Positions 24,251-35,599 of a stretch of 64,000 nt of DNA are shown one piece after another. Source of the stretch: Mobula hypostoma (lineage: Eukaryota); the NCBI RefSeq assembly GCF_963921235.1, contig NC_086108.1, positions 93,994,001 to 94,058,000 of the forward strand, written 5' to 3'. The notes under the pieces were generated by a model that was not told where the DNA came from, did not search any database, and was given only the letters and a program-made list of their open reading frames with translations. The position numbers and the translations under genes were made by a program. Positions within the stretch are counted from its first letter, which is position 1; every line of letters starts with the position of its first letter.

Positions 24251-25541
24251 CTCCACTCGAGCATAGCAACATGATACTGTTTCAACGCTGTGGCATTTGA
24301 CTCCCTTCTTTTCGTTCCTGTCTTGTTGAGACTTGACCAGGAGCACAGTGGCATTTACCCTCGTCCTTGTCTAAGCTGCTGCAAAAGCATGGTGACTTAT
24401 TGCAAGGTGCTCCCTGCAGATCCCTGCATTACTTCTACCATCATCGTTCTACTCCTCAAATCTAAATTCTCTGTCTCTAAGTGTTCTTTTAAATCTTCTT
24501 ACAGGTCTGGTGATTTTCCATCCTCCAGGAGCTGCATATTTTTAAAGGACCTCTTGTATGATAAGATAGACTCTTGACCTCACAATCTACCTCGATATGA
24601 TCTTGCACTTTATGATTGACTTGTATTGCACTCTTTTGGTACCTTTTAACTTTATTCTGCATTGTTATTGCTTTACCTTTTTCTGCCTCAATGAACTGTG
24701 CAATGACTTGATCTGCACGAACAGCTTTTCACGGTATCTCAGTAACGTGACAACAATAAACCAAATCCAGTACCAGCGGCTGTAGAGTAAATTCCCAGGA
24801 TAATGGTAGTCACGAGTGACCCAGTCTGAAAGCCGCAGAGAATGTCGGCCGTTGGGTCACATATGGCCTTGTGGAAACCCTATTACTGGCAGCACCGAAA
24901 CTGTGAAAGGTCCTGTGGAAAGACCAGGCTGATCAACACCTCCATCCATTAACCTGCTCTGCCAACCCCTGTCACCGTTACTTTAGCATTTCCTGTTAGA
25001 GTCACCTTATGTACATAACATCACTTTATAAACTGTACTTACAATCAGCCTATGTGTATAAGTATTTATATTTATTGTGTTCTTTATGCTTACTCTGGTT
25101 TGTTTCTGCTGTATCAGATCCGAAGTTACAATCATTTCATTCTCCTCTACACTCGTGCACTGACGAGTGACAATTAAAATCTTGAATCTTGAATCCTGGA
25201 GGCAAAGACTCTGAACTCTGGGGCAGGGCTTGCAGCAGCCGGGCAGTAGGACCCAGGGCTGGAGCTGGGAATCGGAGGCCGGCAGGGGAAGGGGGTAGGA
25301 GTCATGATGATATTACACAGCAGTTCCACTCACCGAAAACATTTTTTTTAAATGACATAGAATTAAAATGTTTATTTAGCAACCTGCCCAGTAAATAAAC
25401 TCCACCTAAATCCCTGTAATAATATGAGTCTGGAATTATCACAGGACCCCATGGAAAAACAGGATAGGATCAGTTTGGACAGCTGGGTTCCAGGTAGCTG
25501 TGGGCAGGATGCAGAATACAGAAATGGCACGGAGTGTGATG

Positions 25542-25725
25542 TAAACACGAGGAAATCTGCAGATGCTGAAAATTCAAGCAACACACACAAAATGCTGGTG
25601 TTTCGTCAGGACTAACTGAAAGAAGAGCCCTTCTTTCAGTTAGTCCTGATGAAGGGTCTTGGTCTGAAACGTCAACTGTACTTCTTCCTATAGATACTGC
25701 CTGGCCTGCTGCGTTCACCAGCATT
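25542..25725. mobile_element. Penelope-like fold-back with near-intact plus-strand hammerhead (25641-25678)
   Basis: 24-bp stem 25602-25625/25630-25653; tagtc-CTGATGA-a-gggtcttggtct-GAAAC-GTC-aactg. Confidence 0.85.
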
Positions 25726-25789
25726 CGGAGTGTGATGTTATTGGCAAAGCTCTTTGGAAGGCTTTCTGTCACTGTGCATAAAGAATTGA

Positions 25790-26325
25790 CTAAGGACTTC
25801 AGGAAGGGGAAGTCGAGGAAACACACACCAGTCCTCATCCATGCATCAAAGATGGGAAGAGTGATCTGTTTCAGGTTCCTGGGAGTCAATATGTCAGAAG
25901 ATCTATCCTGGACCCAACATATTAATGCAATTACAAAGAAGGCACACAGTGGCTATAATTCATTAGGAGACTGGGGAGAATTGGTATGTCACCAGAGACT
26001 CCAGCAAATTTCTACAGATATAGTGTGGCGAGCGTTCTAACTGGTTGCATCACTATTTGGGATGGAGGAACCTCTGCACAGGATCAGAAATAACTGCAGA
26101 GGGTTGTAAACACATCCAGCTCCATCATGGGCATTAGCCTCCATAGCATTGAGGGCATCTTCAAAAGGCAATGCCTCACAAAGGCATCATCCATCATTAA
26201 GGACCCCCATCACCCAGAACTTGCCCCCTTCTCATTGCTACCATCGGGAAGGAGTTACAGGAGACTGAAGACATTTTCGGATAACATCTTCCCTTACACT
26301 ATCAGATTTCCGAATGGTCCATAAA
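25790..26325 (+). mobile_element. Rex1/Babar-type LINE 3' fragment
   Basis: FRFLGVNMSEDLSWTQHINAITKKA...IIKDPHHP..FSLLPSGRSYR. Confidence 0.85.
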
Positions 26326-27654
26326 AATTATTATAAGTTAGAAATCAATAGTGCAAAAGAATCTGAATCAGGTTTAATATCACCGGCATATGTCGTGAAA
26401 CTTGTTAACTTAGCGGCAGAAGGACAATGTGATACATGATAAGTATAGGAAAAAATGAATTATAGTAAGTATATAAATGTATATTAAATAGTGAAATTAA
26501 AATAAGTAGTACAAAAGCAGAAATAATAAAAAAGTAGTGAGGTAGTGTTCATAAGTTCAATGACCGTTTAGAAATCAGATGGCATAGGGGAAGAAGCTGT
26601 TCCTGGATCACAGTGTGTGTGCCTTCAGGCTCCTGTACCTCCTTCCTGATGCTAACAATGAGAAGAGGGCATTCCTGGGTAGTGGGGGTCCTTAGTGATG
26701 GACGCGGCCTTTCTGAGGCATCGCTCCTTGAAGATGTCCTGGATATGCGAAGGTCAGCACCCATGATGGAGCTGACTAATTTTACCACTCTCTGCAGTTT
26801 ACTTCAATCCTGCGCAGTGGCCCCCCATACCAGACGGTGAGGCAGCCAGTCAAAGTGCTGTCAACGGTACATCTAGAGAAGCTGTCGAGTGTTTTAGGTG
26901 ATAAACCAAATCTCCTCAAACCCCTAATGAAATATAGAGCAATAATGAGCCACTGTTTACCACATTGCTACTGAGGGATTTTATAATGGTTAGAGATTGC
27001 CCAAGTTCACTTGAATAGAATCGAATTGAATTTTTCTCTCCTTATGGCCATGACCAGCAAGGATTAATTGAGAAGTCTAAGAGCTTCAAGTTCCTAGGTG
27101 TGAGCATCACCGTTAGCCTGTCTGGTCCAACCACTTTGATGCCACACCCAAGAAAGCTCGGCAGCACATCTACCTCTTAAATTTGGCGTGACCCCATCGC
27201 CCCTTACCAACTTTTATCAATGCGCTGTGGAAAGCATCCCTTTCTGATACATAATGGCTTGGTATGGTAACTGTTCTTCCTGCGTCTGTGAAACGCTCAG
27301 ACAGTTATGGACACAGCTCAGGACATCACAGAAACTAACCACCCCTCCATGGAGTCTGATCACACTTCTCATTACCTTGGGAAAACTGGCAGTATAATCA
27401 ACGATCTCACCCACCCTGGATGTTCTCTCCTCGCCCCGCTCCCACTGGGCAGAAGATACAAAACCTGAAAACACATACCCCCAGTTTCAAGCCGCTGTTA
27501 TAAGACTTGTGAATGTTTCCCTAGTACAATAAAATGAACTCCTGACCTCACAATGTTCCATGTGTTTTTATTTACCTTTTTCACGATTTGTGTGAATTGA
27601 TCAAAGTGGCAAGGCAGAGCGTGAAGGACGAACCGGTGTTCATCTCACTGATCT

Positions 27655-28000
27655 GTGGGGTTTACTCACTTCAGCACTGAACTGACTCTGCAGCTGTGGC
27701 CTGTAACCATTGGCACCCGTCTCAGCATTGAACCAACTCTGTGGCTGTGGCCTACAGCCGTCGGGGTCCTGGACCAGCTTCACTCGCTTCAGCACTGAAC
27801 TGACTCTGCAGCTGTGGCCTGCAACCGTTGGTACCCATCTCAGGTCTGAACCCTGGGCTGGGGTCACCCGTCTCCGGTCTGGACCGGCTCCATGGCCGTG
27901 GGGTGCAGCCACTGGGCCCCCGGGCTGGGGTCACCCGTCTCCGGTCGTGGGGTGCAGCCACTGGGCCCTGGACCATCTTCACTCGCCTCAGCTCTGAGCT
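27655..28000. repeat. Mosaic of short imperfect direct duplications
   Basis: cttcagcactgaactgactctgcagctgtggcctg twice; gggctggggtcacccgtctccggtc twice; gtggggtgcagccactgggccc twice. Confidence 0.85.
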
Positions 28001-29532
28001 GGCTCCCTGTCTGTGGATTCACTTTCCGGGACTCTGTGGTTCACGTTCTGTGTGTTATTTGTTCACATTTTTATTGTTGGCACCATTTGTTCTTTATCAC
28101 ACATTGGGTATTTGACCGTCTTTGTTGTGTGTTTTTTTAATGTGAACAATGTTGTGTGGTTCTATTTTGTTTCTTTGTTTTGTGGCCGCCAGCAAGAAGA
28201 CAAATCTCAAGGTTGTATACAGTAATACACATTTTGATAATAAATGTACTTTGAACTTTGAAAAATCTACCCTCTTATGACCTTGCACTTTATTGTCTAC
28301 ATGCACTGCACATACTCTGTAACTATAGCACTTTGTTATTGTTTTACTTCGTGCTGCCTCCATGTTTGTGTCCTTGAGCAAGGCACTTAATCACACATTG
28401 CTCTAGTGTCTGTGCAAGGAGTGGCGCCCCACACAGACTTCCAATCTGCACCTTGTAAGGCATGAAAATGCCCGACACAGGCCTCTCATGGTCTGAGTCG
28501 ACGTTCCCTCCCTCCCCTCCTACCTCCATGTACTGTTGTAAAGAATTAATCTGCATGAATGATATGCACATGGTACAGTGCCACTTGTGAGCTGTCCCCA
28601 GCACATCATCGGACTGTGCTGCCCGTTGACACAAATTACACTGTTTCAATGCTTTGATGTACACGTGTCAAATAAAGCTCATCTTTCTTCTTTCTTCTGA
28701 TTTTTACATTATGACTGACAGTCTTCATCCAGAGGGGAGGGTGATCAAGCGTGGCAGAAGATAGGAGAGTCAGTTTACTTGCTACGTTTGCCATCATCAT
28801 CCACTGAGCTGACCGAGTGGAAGTATCTATGATGTTGGTCAGGTGACACCAGAAGACTCACTGTTACGCCGCAGGTGTTGGACAGGTTCGTGGATAGGAC
28901 AGATTTGGATGGATATGGGCCGAAGAGTCACTTGAACATAGAAATATCAAGAAATGGAGCAATGTAGATGTAGATAGGGAGATGTAAAGTTTAAGTTGGC
29001 ACCATGGTTGGCACAGGCAATGTTCCTGTCCTGTTCTGTTCCATGAATTCCCATCAGCTATGGGTTTAGGCCACCAGTATGATTCCTGGGATAGACTGAT
29101 GGCGTTGGGGGTGGAATGGCAGCTGTGCAGCAGCCTGCACGAGTTCACCATCAGAGAAAGGTAACACTTGCCACTAGCTGCATGATGACAAGGAAGGGGA
29201 CAAGACTATTGAGGAAGAGGTACGGGAAAGAATGAAGAACCAACCTTTCCTAGACTTGCCACGAAAATAAAATCACTTGAATGAGATAGAGTTCTTATAT
29301 AAGCAACAGCATAAAATAAACATTCTGATCCAAACTTTAACACTACAATCATTGCAACTTTGCTCGAATATAAAATAACCACCAAAACAAAACGTACATT
29401 ATTTATTTATTTATTGGGATACAGTGCTAAATAGTCCTTTTGAGCCACACCGCCCAGTAACCCTTGATTTGAACCTAGCCTAATCACGTGGCAATTTACA
29501 ATGACTAATTAACCTATCCACCTTTGGATAGG

Positions 29533-29630
29533 TGTTGGTGTGTGGCCAAGTGGTTAAGGCGTTGGCCTAGTGATCTGAAGGTTGTGAGTTCAAGCCTCAG
29601 CTGAGGCAACATGTTGTGTCCTTGAGCAAG
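29533..29630 (+). mobile_element. tRNA-derived SINE head (truncated)
   Basis: A-box TGGCCAAGTGG, B-box GTTCAAGCC, then gtgtccttgagcaag; same family as 31620-31924. Confidence 0.8.
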
Positions 29631-29751
29631 TGACATGAGCATGATGTTTTGCCTGCATTGTAGTAAATGAATGCAGCTTAATTACACATTGCAATTCCAA
29701 TATCTATTTTCAGGGGTTTGTGATCTTTTATGTACAAATAGGAAGGCAGAC

Positions 29752-30066
29752 ACCTCCAAGGGATACCTGATCTTTTTGTGGTTTGGAGGCTTGCATGTCT
29801 CAACGACCCGGAGAGCTATATTGACTGGAGTCAGGGCTTTATGCTTTGTCTCTTGGTAGGGTCACCCATGCCAAACAGGTCAAAGGGTAGGGGCCAAACT
29901 AAGAGTGGTCCACCAGTCTTCCAGGGTCAGGGGTTCAGCTCAGGGCTAACAAAACTGTTTACGGAAACAGCAATGAAGAATCCTTCTACATCTGAGTGGC
30001 TCAGGACAGACAGAGATGGAGGACCTGCGTTGCTGCCCTAAAGACCAACAGGTGTAACGGGCAGTA
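29752..30066 (+). mobile_element. RTE-derived non-autonomous element (second copy of 400-815 family), inserted in a DeuSINE relic
   Basis: Alignment with the reverse complement of 400-815; flanks ~29700-29751 and ~30070-30215 resemble SacSINE1-like sequence on the minus strand. Confidence 0.7.
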
Positions 30067-30479
30067 AAAAGAGAATGCAGATTGGGCCTCAGTGTAGCAT
30101 CTCATCTGACTCAATAACACTTTGAAGAGACAGCCTGGATTACGTGTTGAAGCTTCATACGTGGGACCTAAACCACAATCTGCCCCTAAGGCAAGGTATT
30201 GACCTAAAGGTGAGACATAAGCACCCTCATTGTACAATCAAAATGTAAACATGCATGGAAATAGAGCAGAGTACTCCAAACACACCGTACATTGTACAGA
30301 CAGAGATTTGTGCAGTGCTTTGGGATTTCATGTAACTTCAAGTCAGAACACTGCTGCAGCCACTGTTCACTGGCAAACACTAAGTGAATATCTCAGGTAG
30401 GAGATCTCATTGGTAAGAAAGGATTGGATAAACTGGATCCACAAATCCTTCCTAACACTCTGAGAATTTAAACCTGAGA

Positions 30480-31051
30480 CTCATATTTACAAGAAATAAT
30501 ATTTTCTCTCATCTCAAGACATCCTAAAGCAGGCAAGCAGGCAATAAACTGCTAATGAAGTGTATTTGCAGTTATAATTTTACTCTAAGAAGCAGCCAAT
30601 TTGGACATGGAGCACATTGTTATGTTTATTGAAAGATGAATAACTACACAGACACTCTGCTCTCCTTCAAGTAGGAGAGAGCGAAATGTGGCGAAAATAT
30701 TCAGCAAGCCAGGTGCACCTTTGAGAAGAGAAACATTTTGATGAAGGCTCTCCAACCTGAAATGTTTTTTCTGTTTCTTTTCCTACGGATGCAGGCTGAC
30801 CTCCTGAGTATATATAGCACTTTCTGTTTTTGTTTTAGATTTCCAACAGCTGTTGTTTTTTTTAAACTTTTGGCATGGAGGGATCCTTTATGCTCAGCTG
30901 GCCAAGCAAACAGAATCGGATAGACAACACTCTGAAAGCGCGATGCCAAAGTATGAGCACAGATTATGTGCTCAAATCTCTGGGAAGGGGCTGGGAAACA
31001 CACAAACGCCCGGCTCAGGGGAAAGGGTGCGACCCAGAGCCAAGGCTGACA
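30480..31051 (-). mobile_element. Ancient SacSINE1/DeuSINE-like element, interrupted by a degenerate Penelope pseudo-LTR (~30730-30850)
   Basis: Minus-strand head tgtcagccttggctc...ccagagatttgagcacataatct and Deu/3' part aaattggctgc...ctttaggatgtcttgag; recognised from memory of the family consensus. Confidence 0.6.
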
Positions 31052-31619
31052 TTTCCATTACAAACCCCTTCCCCCACAGTGCTGTTAGCCCACTGAATTT
31101 CTTCAGCAACAGCTTCTTCTAGCTTTCGATTTATATTCTAGTAGCCCACAACATCCTTATGGGACTTTGGATCACACTAGGAGGGCATCATAAGCAAATG
31201 GAGGGACTTAGCAAATGGGGAAGCCAGGCAAATATTGAGAGAGGAGTCTGAATTGAATTATTCCACAACTGGAGGCCATGCCTTTAGCCCTAAGCTTTGA
31301 AACTCCTTCCACAAATCCCTCTGCCTCTTCAAGTCTTTTCGTTCATTAAAACCCAACTTTTAAAGAACAAAGGTGAAGAGGGTAAGTAGCTTTAAATTCC
31401 TTGATGTTAACATATTAGAGGATCTGTCCTGGGACCAGCACACAAGTGTCGTCACAAAGAAGACATGGCAGTGCCTCTAATTCTGAGAAGTTTGTGTAGA
31501 TTCCGCGTGTCACCAAAAGTGTTGACACACTTCTATAGATGCACAATGGGGAGTGTAACCGTAGAATCGAATCAGGTTTATTATAACTACCTTATGTCAT
31601 GAAATTTTCTTTTTATATA

Positions 31620-31924
31620 TAGGCATCTGTTAGTCTCATGAGACCATGGATTTGCGCCTTGGAAAGTTTCCAGGGCACAGGCCTGGGCAAGGTTGTGTGG
31701 AAGACTGGCAGTTGCCCATGCTGCAAGTCTCCCCTCTCCACGCCTCCGATGTTGTCCAAGGGAAGGGCACTAGGATCCATAAAGCTTGGCACCAGTGTCG
31801 TCGCAGAGCAATGTGTGGTTAAGTGCCTTGCTCAAGGACACAACAGGCTGCCTCAGCCAAGGCTCGAACTAGCGACCTTCAGATCACTAGACTGACGCCT
31901 TAACCACTTGGCCACGTGCCAACA
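31620..31924 (-). mobile_element. Full-length tRNA-derived SINE
   Basis: A-box TGGCCAAGTGG, B-box GTTCGAGCC, core gtgtccttgagcaaggcacttaacc, tail aatccatggtctcatgagactaacagatgccta (tail also at ~5796-5828). Confidence 0.85.
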
Positions 31925-33154
31925 AATTATAATAAGAATTATGGAAAAAAAATATAAATCAAATAAAGTTAGTGCAAAAAGAGAACAAAACTAGTAAGGT
32001 AGTGTTCATGGATTCATTGTCCATTCAGTAATCCGACGGTGGAGGGGAAGAAGCTGCTCTGAGAATGTTGAGTACTGGTCTTCTGGTTCCTGTACCTCGT
32101 CTCTGAAAGTAGCAATGAGAAAAGGGCGTGTCCTGGGTACTGGGGGTCCTTAATGAGGCATCACCCATTGCAGATATCCTCAATGGTGGGGCAGCTAGTG
32201 CCCATGATGGAGTTGGTTGACTGTACAACCCTCTGCTGCTTTTTCTGATCCTGTGCAGTGGCCCCTCTATACCAGGCGGTGATGCAACCAGTTAGAATGC
32301 TCTCCGCAGTACGTCTATGAAATTCGCAAGTGTCTTTCTTTCTTTCTTTATTTATCTGCTTGTTTGTTTATTTATTTAGAGATTCCATGCGGAACAGGCC
32401 CTTCAAACCCAACAAGCCACACTGCCTAGCAACCCACCTATTGAACATCGGCCTAATCACAGGACAATTTACAATGGCCGGTTACCTTACTGACCACTAC
32501 ATCTTTGGACGGTGGGAGGAAACAGAAGCACCTGGAGGGAATCAACGCAGTCAAGTAGGGACGTACCAAATCTCCTCAAACTCCTAAATGGAATATAGCG
32601 ACTGGCGTGCTCTCTTTGTAATTGCATTGGTCTTTTGGGACCTGTAATATATGGTGAGTATCCTAATGGCTTGCATCATGGCCTGGAATGGAAAAGGCTA
32701 CAGGAAGTGGTGGGCACAGCCCAGTCCATCACGGGCAAAGCCCTCCCCACCCTGGATACCTTTACATGAAGCGCTGCCACAAGAAAGCAGCATCCAATAT
32801 CAAAGACCCCCACCATCCAGGCCATGCCCTCTTCTCAGTACTACCAACAGGCAGGAGTTACAAAAGCCTTAGTCCCACACCACCAGATTCTAGACGTTAT
32901 TACCCTGCCATCTGGCTCTGAACCAGTGTGAATTACTTCAATTACCACTACTCTGAACTGATTCTATTACCACTTTCAAGGGCTTTTTACAACTCATGTT
33001 CTCAGTAGTATTTATTTTATTTGAATAGAAATGTGTTTTCTATTCCACATTGATTGTTTGTCAGTCTTTGTTTATGTAGAACTTCTTGTAACTTCTATTG
33101 TATTTCTTTATTTTTCCTGTAAATACTAACAGGAAAATCAATGTCAAGATAGTA

Positions 33155-33490
33155 TATGGTAACTAGGGGATCCGCTATACTAGATTGGGTGTTATGCAAT
33201 GAATCGGAGGTAATTAGGGAGCTAAAGGTAAAAGAACCCTTAGCAGACAGTAAACACAATATGATTGTGTTCAACTTGAAACTTGATAGGGAGAAAGTGA
33301 AGTCTGATGTAGCAGTATTTCAGTGGAGTAAAGGAAATTACAGAGGTATGAGAGGAGTTGGCCTAAGTAAATTGGAAGGAGATGCTGGCCGGGATGACAG
33401 CAGAGCAGCAGTGGTATGAGTTTCTAGGAAAAATGAGGAAGGTACAGGATAGATGTATTCCAAAAACAAAGAAATACTCAAATGGCAAAA
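33155..33490 (+). mobile_element. CR1 ORF2 fragment (endonuclease C-terminal part/linker)
   Basis: TRGSAILDWVLCNE..IRELKVKEPLADSKHNMIVF...WSKGNYRGMR. Confidence 0.85.
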
Positions 33491-33794
33491 TATGAGGGGT
33501 GATTGATAAGTTTGTGGCCTAAAGTAGAAGGAGTCAATTTTACAAAGCCTAGCGCATTTATTTTTCAACATAGACCCCTCCTACATTTACACACTTAGTC
33601 CAGCGGTCGTGGAGAATACGGATGCCTTCTTTGTAGAAGTTGGCGTCTTGGACCTCCAGAAAGCGGTCCACCGCAGGGGTGATTGGTAAGTTCGTGGCCT
33701 AAGATAGAAGGAGATGAGTTACACAGCTCTCGTTACATGCACGTGCAGTTCAACTCTTTGAGTGATTATGCAGAAAGTTTGAAGTTAATAACTC
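33491..33794 (-). mobile_element. mariner-type element end: TIR, transposase C-terminus, internal second TIR copy
   Basis: TA|TGAGGGGTGATTGATAAG terminus; minus-strand 33674-33558 reads AVDRFLEVQDANFYKEGIRILHDRWTKCVNVGGVYVEK*; TIR-like block repeated at ~33676-33713. Confidence 0.85.
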
Positions 33795-34829
33795 TTCTGA
33801 AGAGAGTCTTTTCAACAGACCTTCATAGGTTTTTCTGTCACTCCCAGATCTTGTTTCATCCTTCATTGCTTTTTCAAAATGAAAACACAGCGCTTCATAA
33901 TTTTGCCACACTGCTGAAACTGTTCGAAATGAGCTAGCTACCCATCTGGTGCCCAGGACACGACCTATTTTGCAAATTTCTTGTTCTAGTTGAGAGGCAC
34001 ACTCAGACAGTTCCTTTTGATTTAGAGGTGATCTACTGTAAACGGAGTACAATTTGTCCATAAATGATTGAAAATGATTTATTCCATGAACTTCTCTCAC
34101 CAAATCACCTACTGCAAGTTCTAATCTGTGATTAAGACAGTGCCAAATTATCACATCAGGGTAATGTTCCTTGAGAATTGTAGCAACACCGGATTTGACA
34201 CCAAGCATTACGCTCGCCCCATCACTAGCAAATGCTACAAGGTTCTGTTTCAAGAGTCATCAAACCCATGGTTATTGAGACAGTTCAATAGATGCGTAGC
34301 AATAGTTGCAGCTTTCTGATCAGGCAGTTCAATTAAATCTAAAAACATAAAATGGGGATCACCTTCCTTATTACTCCCACATTTCAAATAAACTATTAGG
34401 GCAGACTTAATGCTCAGGCTTGTTGATTCATCAATGAGAACAGAAAATTTGCCATTTATCTGCTTGATATGCTAGCAAATTTTCTTTTTCATATTAATGG
34501 CTATGTGATTAATTATCTCTGTAGCACTAGTGTGGGAATGCAGTCCAATTCCAATGTCAATACCATTTTTTTTGAAATTCCAATAAGCCAAAGTGATCAG
34601 AGTATGGTCTGTCATTCTGAGCTAAACAATACGAAGAACGAAAAATTGAACAAGGTGCCTTTAGATGCGAAGCATTCATGGTGTCACATAATTTTCCAAG
34701 AGCATCTTCACTCATTATATTTTCAACACTTAGAGCAGCAGTGTGAGCTTTTGATAGTTTGTGATCAACATTTTTTTTTTCCGAGAGACTTCAAGTGTGG
34801 CTCCATAATAGGATACTTGGTATATCTGC
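33795..34829 (-). pseudogene. hAT-superfamily transposase remnant (KIAA1586/ZNF862-like)
   Basis: FSVLIDESTS, FASDGASVMLG, WHCLNHRLELAV, LGTRWVASS motifs; stops and frameshifts. Confidence 0.88.
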
Positions 34830-35235
34830 CATGCCGATTTTTCCATGATCTTTAAGTTCTTGAGGCTGTAGCGCTTTACATAGCTAGCCAGCCATCCCTT
34901 ACTAGCCTTAAACTCCTTCCTCACGCTCTCCTCAACCCCCTCACAGTAGTGCTCCTGGAGGCTAAGTGCTTTTTCACGCATGATTTTGTAATCAACAGGG
35001 ATATGCTTCTGTGACATGTCCTCTAGCCACACACTTAATGCTTTCTCAGTCTTATCACAAACCAGAGAGACCATTTTTGCCGTTGTAGGGGTAGCACTAA
35101 CACTTCCACGAATTTCAGCTTCTTTCTGCTTTATTGTGCGAATGCTCGATTCGTTCTTACCGACCTTACGGCCCACTTCGGCAGGCGACGTGCCACTTTT
35201 CAAAAGATCTAAGATTTTTATTTTCGCGGCAAACA
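34830..35235 (-). pseudogene. pogo/Tigger transposase N-terminal (CENP-B-type HTH) remnant
   Basis: KIKILDLLKSG...VGKNESSIRTIK...EKALSVWLED...MREKALSL...FKASKGWLASYVKRYSL. Confidence 0.9.
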
Positions 35236-35599
35236 ATGCTCAAACAACGAGTGCCGGAGAGAGACTGAGATCGGTGAAATGGCGGGAGGCTACAGCAGGG
35301 CATGCTGGGACAACGGGTCGAGCGAGGAGGAATTTCACGAAACAGTCACAGCTTCAGGATTTCACCAAAAACGATCAAATATCCTAATGTTATTAGTGGT
35401 GTTTTTCCCACCAGCCACCACCCCTTCTCCCCAACCCCCGCTTCCGTAAAATTCCCTCTATTTAATATGCGGCCGCTATTAAATTCCCTGCTTGTTTATT
35501 TTGAGTTTTTTTTGCAGAAATTCAGGAGCGGTGCTTGGGTGAGTTCAGGCAGCATTCACCCCTGTTTACAAGGAGGAGTAAGTAATGTTCAGACTTCAA

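Noticed and set aside
24816..24860. GTGACCCA/TGGGTCAC hairpin with CTGAAAG inside
   Set aside because: No CUGANGA/GAAA core, and 8-bp stems at this spacing are expected many times by chance in 64 kb.
29058..29160. Possible + strand exon (cag|...AAG|GTAACA) with one open frame
   Set aside because: Modest splice signals, acceptor abuts a CR1 tail, peptide unrecognised.
31845..31924. tRNA gene (also 29533-29605)
   Set aside because: A/B boxes run straight into a SINE body and tail; no proper acceptor stem.
33750..34829. Domesticated KIAA1586/ZNF862-like host gene
   Set aside because: Contains stops and frameshifts, is truncated at both ends and is embedded among other transposon fragments.
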